DNA from: Paraspadella gotoi
Taxonomy: Eukaryota > Animalia > Chaetognatha
Length of the DNA: 64,000 nt
NCBI GenBank assembly: GCA_051294375.1
Contig: CM119271.1
Coordinates: 490,721 to 554,720 of the forward strand
Direction: 5' to 3'
The notes below the pieces were generated by a model. The model searched no databases. It was not told the DNA's origin and worked only from the letters and a program-made list of their open reading frames with translations. Below are positions 38,104 to 49,100 of the stretch, piece after piece; within the stretch, counting starts at the first letter, position 1; the number at the start of each line of letters is the position of its first letter. The position numbers and the translations under genes were made by a program.

Positions 38104-39343
38104 CACGGTAGGGCAGAGAGGATGTGAAAGAAACAAAAAAAGTGCCATCTCTGAAACCTATAAAATCTTAAAGTATACCCATGAGACACTTAATGTGGTA
38201 GGTCAGTAAAATTCGATAAAGGCAGGTTTTTTTTTAAATGCTCATTAAAGTTTTTGAAAATTTTTTATAAAATTTTTTAAATAGTTTAGTGAAAATGCTT
38301 ACAATTTTAATGTCTATACATCTATCATTATCTACAGAACATAAGCTTTAATTTGAGACCTCTCCCAACTTTTTACGATTTTTTGTTATTGAATTATAAG
38401 TAAAAATCATAATTTAAAAAAAAAATTAATAATCAATCAGTTCTTTCAAACGGATTATTTCTTAAAAATAAAAGTACAAATAGGTTCTCAAAATGCAGTT
38501 CTACTTATTAAGCCCTAAAAAATTTTTTTAAAAAAATTTATAGAAATTTATTATAAAAAATAAATAATACAGATAATTAATTTTTTTTTAAAGAAAAATA
38601 TGTGATATTTAATTAAAACTTAATCTCAAATAAAATAACAGATATATATTAGTTGAGCACTTTAATTCAAAATCATATCCAGCTTTAAAAAGTAATTATA
38701 TAATTAATTACTTATCAAAAAAAAATTTTATTCATAAAATTATATTATAATAATAACTCCCTCAATATTTGATATATTATTAATAGACAAATGTGTAAAA
38801 ATATTAACAAACAGAATGCTTTAACTTTTAATACTTAATTAGAGTATATATTAATATTTTTCAAAATATTTTTTTTATTTTTAAAATTTTTTATATTAAA
38901 ATTACTATTAATTAAAAAAAACTTATTTTGAAGTCTAATAAGTAGAACTGTATTTTAAGAACATATTTGTATTTTTATTTTTAAGAAATAATCTGTTCAA
39001 TGGTACTAATTGATTAATCTTTTAAAAAAAATATATTTAATTTTTACTTATATTTCAATAGCGAAAAGTAATAGAAAGTTGGGAGTGGTTTCAAATTAAA
39101 GCTTATGCTTTGTAGATAATGATAGACATATAGACATTTAAATTGTAAGCATATTCACAAAACTACTTAAAAATTTTTATAAAAAAATTAAAAAAACTTT
39201 AATGAGCATTTAAAAAAAAACCTGCCTTTATCGAATTTTACTGACCTACCACATTAAGTATCTCATGGGTATACTTTAAGAATTTATAGGTTTCAGAGAT
39301 GGCACTTTTTTTGTTTCTTTCACATCCTCTCTGCCCTACCGCG
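38104..39343. mobile_element. Foldback non-autonomous DNA transposon, ~400-bp inverted arms, CAC terminus, 4-bp TSD (Chapaev-like)
   Basis: CACGGTAGGGCAGAGAGG... / ...CCTCTCTGCCCTACCGCG; AAAT at 38100-38103 and 39344-39347. Confidence 0.85.
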
Positions 39344-39596
39344 AAATATTAATGCAAACACAACAGTGAAAATCATGTAAAAGATATTGTTGTAAACTGT
39401 AAAGGGTAAACTAATTTCAACTCCGGTCGTTTAATTACTCGAAATTTTCTTTAAAAACATCCATTTAAATCTAAGCATATATAGTTACATTATAAAACTT
39501 AAAATTGTCACATTAAGAAGAAGAAGCGCGGAAGGAAACCGTGTCTTTGAATGAAAACCGTTAATCAAAAATTAAGCTGCGATTTTATTTGTATTA

Positions 39597-40500
39597 CACG
39601 GATTTCAAATGGGAGTGAAATGCGGAGAGCGTGAGGAGAAGGCGGTCGGACTGGAAATGTCGTCGTTGTTATTGTATTTTTATAACAACTAAAATTGTTT
39701 ACGTATTAATTTTTTTTCTTTTTTTTTCTATTCTACACGGATTTCAAAAAGAGTTGTTATTTATAACTCTTAACCGACTGACTGTGATTAATATTTGTTC
39801 ATTTCATTAGTTTGAAAAGTCCCTGACGTTTATGTTCCTGTAAAGTAAATTGATAATACATGATATCATAGCAACTGTTGCGCTTGCCTTCCAACAGCTT
39901 TTTTTGGAACATTTTCCCCCTCTTATTTGATAATTCAATTTTAAACTCACTGTAAAAAAATTGAGACGAATATTTTAATTTCTTTTACATTCATTAGTTA
40001 GTATATTGTCTTGGGAGCATGCAAAAAAATTCTTATTAATATATTTCAAAGTTTAGTTAGGCAACAGGCTCTTGCCAGAACCTTGTTTTTTTGTAATTTT
40101 TTTCAAAGCTGAAATTGTAGAAAAAACTATAAGATGAAAAAGGCTGTCATTGTGGTTATAAAAAAGCTTTTGACATTCAGATTACTCAGACACATACTCC
40201 AATGTCTATATCTGTAAGATGAACCAAAATTTTCAAACATTATATTTATTTTTCATAAAAATATATCTTCTAACAGGAAGGTCTCATACAAATGTAAAAA
40301 AATTGCTTTTTTGAAATTCGACCATGCCATTGAGCCATTGAGTACCTAACTAAGAAAGTAAGCAAGTTGGACTACTGGGAGTTGAAAAATAAAAAAACGT
40401 CACCGATTTTTTTAACAGGATGCAAAATATGAAGTTGCTATAACAAATAATTTGGCCACAGTAATTTATCATTTCATTTCACTCCCAATTGAAATCCGTG
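39597..40500. mobile_element. Non-autonomous TIR element with TA flanks
   Basis: TIRs CACGGATTTCAAATGGGAGTGAAATG / CATTTCACTCCCAATTGAAATCCGTG; a second left-end-like copy at ~39735. Confidence 0.75.
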
Positions 40501-41010
40501 TAATTACGTTTGAATTATAAAACTTTTGCTTTTAACAAAATAATCCAAAAAATTCACAGAAATTAAGATTTTTGGTAAAAATTTACGAAAAAAATAAATA
40601 AAAACAAAAGTACGTTTGTCGGTTTGCCTGTGTCTTTTGTTTTTTTTTATCAGAGCAAAATATTTACACAAGATGCTCAATCGTTGATAGTTATGAATAT
40701 TACGCAAAAATTACTACTAATTTTACTAATTTGGTAAAATTGTGGGCGGCGTCGAGCGCATTAAGAAACGATTTCGATATTTTTTGAGAGATAGACAGGA
40801 TAGATAGGACAGACGGGCAAAGAGACTGTCTTTTGACAAAAGACAAAAGTTTTGTCTTTCGGTTCTGAGCAGACTTTAAAAAAAAATCAAAAATGCGATT
40901 AGCATCGATGCTTTAAGGTTTTTCACAAAGAACTCACCTCTCTCTAGAAATACTGATCGTGAAGTTTCCAATGCGAATATGATTCACTGTTGAATAGGGA
41001 AAAAAAGATA

Positions 41011-41088
<78 letters not shown>

Positions 41089-41521
41089 CAGACGAATAGC
41101 TTATAATCTTAAATCCTAAATCTGTAACAAAACGACAATTTTCCGACGTTACAAGTGCTTGATTATCAGTGAAGGTTATTGAGAAGAGCCGAACGAATAA
41201 TCGAAGAGAAATTTTTTAAGAAATTTTTTATCTGGAAAATAAAAATATATTTATTATTTAAGTTATTTTCATTTGAGCAAAATATTCGCGGTTTTTCGTC
41301 CTTTAGTAATTTAAAGATACACTCGAAGAATAATCATTGTCATTGTTCACTTTAAATACTTATAAATCACAATCAATCAGTCGTCCAATAAACTTAACGA
41401 TAAATCAATCAATCAAAAGATCAACCATTCATCGAATCAATCAATCACAAATCATTAACCAATTAATCAGCCATTCTGCTTATAAATTGTCATAAAAGAA
41501 TTGAAAAAAATTCACAAATTT

Positions 41522-42902
41522 AACAAGATTATGTTATCGTTTCACCGTCTGGAGTCTCGATAAGAAATTTCGAATTGCGGCACTTTTTTACATCGATGCC
41601 CCCTTGTTGCGGCTCCTGAAGCAGCAGACTAAAACACGCGCACAAACTTATCTCTTTTGCTGCTTCCATCGTCGCTTTATGCTCTCACAGTCGCAACTGC
41701 TTCCTCCATCGTTCAAATTATCGTTGTCGTTTTTTTCGATCTCGATCCTGACCGAAGAGTCACCCAGCAAGCCAGAATTTTTTTGTTGTAAAAGTTCTAT
41801 TAAGGTTTGTTTTCATCATTCTAACGAACTAGAGAAAATAGAGACGTTCGCCACAGATGCGATGATAATGAAAATCTATCAATCAATCATTCAAACATCA
41901 GCCAATCTATCATTTTATCTGAAAGAGAGAGAGAGAAAAAAAAATATAAAATTCAATTAAAATTGACATTTGTTTTTTTTCATTTAAACTCATTTCAACT
42001 CACACGATTCCATCGAAACTTTATATTCACTTATTTAGTTCAATCGCTTACTTTCCTACAAACACACAAAATTTCATATCAATCCATCCATCCATTAATA
42101 ATTAATTAGAGTAATTATAAGTTAATATAAGTAAAAATATACTAGTAAGTGTGACTTAAGTTTTTTCCATTTAAACCCATTTTGACTCGCACGATTCCAT
42201 CGAAACTTTATATCCAACTCAATCACACAGTTTCCTACCCACACACAAAATTTTATTTCAATCCAACCATCCAATCAAGTGGTACCGACAGACAGACGGA
42301 CGGTCGGTCGGTCGGAAGGACGGATGTACTAGATTGGCGGGGCCGGTGAGGAGTTACGAAAATCTAAAGGGTGGGGCTTACAATCGGGCCTTTGTGCGGA
42401 CGGACGGACGGACATAATTTTTTTTGCATAATTTATCATAGTTCGATGTTCTGATATGATATAAGTGAATGACAGACAAGACCAACGGACCGACAAATTG
42501 ACTTATTTCATGCTCGCGATATCTAGGGTTCGAGGCGTCGTCCGTCCCTTGCAAGTTTAACAAGGCTTTTATGAATCTGGCTGAATCTTGAGGAAATTCA
42601 ATGAATGTAAAGTGGCGATGAAAAATCCCATAAAACTGTAGTTAAGGACGGGCTTAGAGATTGTCAAAAAACGAACTAAATATTTAACTCAAGTCTCGCC
42701 AAATTACGACACAAAGACAGACAAAAGACAGACAGAAGATTGACAAATTAACCAGAAAACATTGGCAAAACGCGTTAGGACAGGTAAAGTAAGGTCAACA
42801 ATTAAAGTTCGGCCGAGAGAAGAAAAAGACAAAATGGCGAGGCATAATATTTTACATGGATTACAGAGTCGGAATATGCTGATAACCAGATGCGACTAAA
42901 AA
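41522..42902 (-). mobile_element. Composite HINE-like element abutting the SLC1 stop codon
   Basis: HINE core and 5' terminus (GACTAAAAA) end at 42902; 41580-41790 is a reverse-complement match to ~51110-51370. Confidence 0.65.
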
Positions 42903-43279
42903 TTAAACAACGGAATTAGAAGAACTAGTTTTGTTGTTGTTGTCGTCGTCCCTATCCTCGTCGTTGTTGTTGTTGTTCACGTCGGCCTCGACGGCGTGAT
43001 GCACCGCGTAGGCGCAGAGGGCGTGGCTCACGCAGTTGACTCCCGTGCGTATTCGATCTCTGGATTTGTGAAAGGGAGGTCACCGGGGGGGGGGTGCAAA
43101 ATAATTGAAATACGAATTGAATTCCTAATCAATAAATAACATAGTATATGTAAATCGTATTATCGAAGGAAACAACCTTTACTTTATAGTAGCATGGCAG
43201 ATAATATAATGATAAATACTAGAAGTATCTCCGAAGAAATTTTGTCCCAAGCCAGAAAATTACGTCCCTGGGTGGGCTC

Positions 43280-43330
<51 letters not shown>

Positions 43331-46105
43331 AGAGACCCGATAGAAACGAGCAAAGAATTAAATAATAAAGAGTGAGAAAGTTATTATTGAAAGAAAAAAA
43401 TAGCGAGACAGAGTGAGAGATAGACTCACAAAAGCCAGTCGACAGAATAGAGGAGGCCGATGACTTGATGTGGATCGATTCCCATGCTGGAGAAGATGAG
43501 GAGGATCACGATTATGGAGGAGGAGGGAACAGCAGCCCCGCACATGGAGAGGATCGTCAAGAGTAGCCTGAAGGAGGATGGAAAGGTCATATAGGATATA
43601 GGGAGGTTGGTGATGACGGTGAAAAAAAAAAATCGCGGATATGTTTTTTGGGCACAAATCATTTTCTCGCATCCAACGTGCTTAATTTTAAAATTTATAA
43701 ATTAATAAAGACAATAGTATTTTGTTAAATTATACAAATATGGTATTTAAAATGAAGATTTTTAAAAAATAATTTTGACCAGTAAAACCTGTTTTTTAAA
43801 ATAGGTTTTAGCAATAAATAACCTAATTTCGGAAAAATAAAGGTACCACAAAATTAGCACAAGGTAGAGGCACAATATGTCAAAGTTCACTTTAAAATAA
43901 CAATAACATTCAAACCCCCGCCTTCTCCATCCACACAAAAATAAAAACACACACACACACACAAACTTCCCCCCACATCCAATCCCATCTTTCCCATCCC
44001 AGACCCCAACCCTTCTCCACCACCACACCCACCAAACGACAGCGCCATCGGCCGCACCGAGCGGCGCTCCAACGAATTCCGCGACAAAGACGCACGCGGC
44101 GCCCATAAAGACGTTCGATCCGTCCCGGTTGATCATCGCGCAGAGCGGAAGGGCGAAGCGTGTCACGTGACTGGAGAGGCGAAGGTCATTCTCGGAGGCG
44201 ATGAAAAGGGCGGGTAAGGTGAGGGCGCTGGAAAAGAGGCGGGTAAGGTGAGGGCGCTGGAAAAGAGTTCTATCCTTTCCATTTCCTTCTTAAATTTGGA
44301 ATAAAGATTAATTATAGATTTAAATATTGGGTTAGGGATTAGGTTAGTGATTAAAGTTGGGATCGGGATTAGGGTTATGGATTAGGATTAAGGATTAGGG
44401 AAAAGGATTAGGGTTTTAGGATTACGTTTAAAAATAAGGATTAGGTTTCAGGATTTAAATTATGGTTGGGGACTAGAGATCATGGTTGAGAATTGGGTTA
44501 TTAGTTTAGTAACAGATTAAGGTTAGATTTAAAAATTAATTTCAGAGATCCATGAACAGAAATGGGGCGGTTTGGGAACGACTCTCCCCGCCCCCTTTCA
44601 CCTGCTCTGCATAGCGAATCCCGTGAAAAATACGGAGACTTGCGCCTTCATGAATTCCCTCGGACTCTTCCTCGTTAGGACGAGAGAGAGGAGAGGGAGG
44701 AAGAGGAAGAGATAGAGGGAGAGACCGAGGAGACAGACGAGGACGAAATAGAGGAGGTTTGACATCGCCGACTCCAGGTCACGGACGGAGGCGATACCTG
44801 AGTCACAGGGTCTTGGATATAAAAAAAATTCCGCTCAAGGGGAGGTTTACATTTTGTGTTTATGTTCTTTATGTTTATCTCTCTCTAACTATTTTCGTTT
44901 TTGTTTTTGCAATTTTCAAAAATCTGTTTACTGAGTACTTCTAATTTTACTTTAATCTTCGTAAGACGATTAAAAAGTCGTATATATATTTATTATATAA
45001 TATATATGCCGCATAGTGTGTGCCCAACTGCCCATGACCGATCAGTAAATTCATTCATTCTATCTTTCTCTCTCTATTTTTTTACTCTTTTAACTTTTTA
45101 AACTTTTAATTTCGCGACATCTGCCCAAAGAACGTTATCGATGAGGTGGCCGAGCGGTTAAGGCGTTGGACTGCTAATCCATTGTGCTCTGCACGCGTGG
45201 GTTCGAATCCCACCCTCGTCGGAAACTCTCCTGTTTTATCATTTCTTAAAGAGGCTACTTTAAACGTCGGTGGATCTTTGCCAGATTTACAGATGACATA
45301 CGGTCTGTGTGGCTATCAGTCTCACTATCTCTCTTACCAGCGACAATCAGCGAGCAGACGCCCAACGGCGCCGTCCACATGATTCCATTGAGAGCTCTGA
45401 AGACGACGTCGACGATTCCACCGACGAGGCTCTTGAGAGAATCCATCTTGTCTAAAGAGGAGATGGCCACGCCCACAATCAGGGAGAAGGTGATCAGGCC
45501 TTGTGATGAATGGGAGGAGGCTTACTTCACCAACCATCTTGCTCTTAAACCTTTCTTTTTGAAGTTGTTTTTTATTTAATTTTCCTTTTGTTTCCCTAAA
45601 ACTGCTTTAGAAATTAAATTCATTTAAATTTAAGAAATTTAAAAACTTAAAAAAGAGCTTGTAATATTGTTTATAGACGTACCAAGATAATTTGTGCCAT
45701 CCACTGCGACATTGCCGGCAATGCCTCCGGAGTACTGCAGTTGAAAGTAAAGATTACTTGACAAATATTAATCAAATTCAAAACTAAAATATTAAAAACA
45801 AATCTGAGATTAAGTCTCTCGATTCAGATAATAATATCCATCGTCCGACCCTTTGGAAGCAGCTGAAGATGAGGTTTTTTGGAAAGGTGTTGTGGATAAG
45901 GTCAGCGAAAATGTCGTTGAGGTTCGAGCTGTCGCCGCCCCCGCCGCTGCTGCTTCTACCGTTGTCATCTTCGGTGTGGTTTGAAGAGGCGTTGTAGGCT
46001 CTTCGCTGGAGCATCAAGAGGGAACCTATGGAGAAAGTGAGTTTTTTGTTGGGAATTTAAAAAATTGTAAGAGAGAGACATAGGGAGAGAGAGAGAGAGA
46101 GAGAG

Positions 46106-46185
<80 letters not shown>

Positions 46186-49100
46186 TGACTGAGACTGACT
46201 GACTCATAAACGGAGAAACGTCCTTACCCGAAAGGAGTCCTACCAAGGCGCCCAACCCGTTCGTCGTCAAGATGTAAGTGAAAGTGAGGATTCCGAGTTT
46301 CCCGCTGGATTTGGGATTTAGAGTCGAGACGCCTGAGATTTAGATTTAGGATTTAGAGTTGAGACATATAATTTTACATTTAGATTTAGATTTGGGATTT
46401 AGAGTAGAGACACCTGAGATTTAGATTTAGATTTAGGATTTAGAGTCGAGACACTTCAGATTTAGGTCTAGATTTGGGATTTAGAGTTAAGACACCTTAG
46501 ATTTAGATTTAGATTTAGACTTGGGATTTAGAGTCTAGACAACTTAGATTTAGATTTAGACATGTGAGACCCTACCGAGATGCCGGTGGGCATATCATGT
46601 CCGCCATAGCTGAGCATTCAACGCTAACTGGCCATCAATTCAGAGAGAATGACTGTCTCGTAATGTCCCATAACTCAAACTGGTTCTCAAGAGGTATTAG
46701 AGAGGCGATTTACATCAAAGCCCTCCAGCCCTCTTTGAATCGTGATGAAGGACTTTTTGATCTCCCTCCAAACTATGATTATCAAAACAGTCTCTTTGTC
46801 TGGGATCTGAGCGTTGTCCCAAGCGTCGGCTGCAGGAGGATGAAGAGAAGTCCACCACTCCTGCTAAAAAAATGGCTAGTGTGGACACCCACCCACCTCA
46901 CTGTCAGGTGAGAAGAGGGCCGTCGGCAAGTGTATCAGGCCTGAGGGATATAAGGGTGGCCCTGGTTTGTTTCTGCAGTGAATAATACCCGACCCGGCCA
47001 ATAGAAGATCAACCTTATTGTCCTCACAGCCTATGACACGCCAATAACCCAGCATCATCAGCAATGCCTTTTATTCATGCCAGTTTCCCTGGCTGGTGAC
47101 ATCTGCAGAGAGCCACTTCCTTAGCCCTTACCCTAATCTAGGCCTCCTGTTTTATATCATGCCAGAACCCTAGCCCTGCATCACTCCAGAATCTCTCCAC
47201 CAACCCTCACCTCAGCCTGAGGCTCACTTCTCAGCCTCAACTCAGGCATCCCTGCCTCCCGGTCATCAATAAGGCCAAACTTTAATCCTTAATTTCCTTC
47301 CTCAGTACCTTCCTAACCCTAACCCAAGCTTCCTGTCCTTTTCTGAGCCTGTCCAAATTTCAAAATCGCAATACTTAATCAAGGCTACCTGGCCAAATAA
47401 TAATTTTGCTGTAAGCTAGCTTAGAAAGGCTTGTACTAGGGACATTAAGATTAGGGTTGAGGCTTGCAAATGAATAAAAGGCCTGGGCTAAGGTTTAGGC
47501 TGGGGGAGAGGTTTAAGGTTAAGGTTGATTGGGAGGCTTGCTTGCCACAAAGGCCAAGGCGCCTTCTATCTAATTCGCTACTTTATTTTTGCATCATTTG
47601 GCAAACCTTTAAAGGCTAATATCTTGGATTAAAGATTAAATATTTAAAATCCCTTAGAGAGTTCTATTTGTACAACCAAATCATACTTTCCTATAAAATC
47701 TTATTAAAATTTGGTCAGGGACGATTTGGCTTAAAAAAACTAATAATTTCTAATTTGAAGTCTTTCGTAATAATATTTTTTTAACCTTATTTAGTAAATT
47801 TAGTAATAAGGTTATTAATAACTTTTTTTGATTAATTTAAGTATGCTGTCTGAATAACAGCTCATTTTTTTCTAAAAATCCTGATTTTTTAAAACCGGAA
47901 GTGGTACGGAGCATTCAGGGAAATTTTTTATTGGAATATTCGTTTTCTCCACTAAATTTGGTACAAGAAACTTTGCAGATATTAGGAACTTTCAAAAATG
48001 CATGGTATATCTGGGAGTTCTACCCTGGGGTTACCATTAGGGGTAAGTTTTATTGTTCTCAAAGGGGATCAGCTTTAAGTAAAGGTTAAAAATTTATTCA
48101 CCAAAGGGTAGCCCTTCTTTTTGCCCCAATCAATCAATTTCCCTATCCACTCATGAGCAATTGGCGTTCAAATAGTAAAATAGATTTTTTTTGTTTTTTC
48201 CATTTAAACCAATTTCCACTCGCACGATTCCATCGAAACTTCATATCCATCTCAATCACACAAAATTTCATACCAATCCATTCATCCAATCACGAGTAAT
48301 TGGAGTTTTTTGCTAAGGGGGGACGGACGGACATATGGACGAACATCTTTTTTTTTGGTTCCATTAGGATTGTACCCACGTAGGATTGCGCCCAGAAAAT
48401 TGGCCCACAGCATTGCGCCCACTTATAATTACACCCGCAGGATTGTGCCCATGTAGAATTGCGCCCAATTAGGATTGCGCCCTCGTAGTATTCCGCCACA
48501 TAGTTTCCGCCCAGTAGAATTGCGCCCACTTAGGATTGCGCCCACAGAATTGTGCCCATAGGATTGCGCCCAAAGGATTGGGCCCAGGTATAATTGAACC
48601 CGTTGAGGTCTGCGCCCATAGGATTGGCCCACATACAATTGAGCCCACATATAATTGGGCCCACATATGATTGGGCCCACGTAGGATTGGGCCCACATAC
48701 AAATTAGGCCATGTAGGAGTGGGCCCTGATGCGTTGCGCCCCCTCATAAAATATGCTCACATGGGATTCACGACCACAAGAAAGCACCAATGTAAGACTG
48801 TATTTAGGAGATACACTAACATCATCAGAACGTGGTTATATGGGCCCAATCCTATGTGGGCTCAATAATACTATGGGCGGAATCCTACGTGGGCCAAATC
48901 CTATGTGGGTGGAATCCTAGATGGGCGAATCCTACATGGGCCTAATCCTATGTGGGCGGAATCTTAGGTGGGCGGAATCCTACGTGGGCCCAATCCTATG
49001 TGGGTTCAATTCTATGGGTGCAATACTATGGGCTCAATCCTTCGGGCCCAATGCTAAGTGGGTGGAATCCAACAGGGTACAATCCTTTGGCGCAATACTA

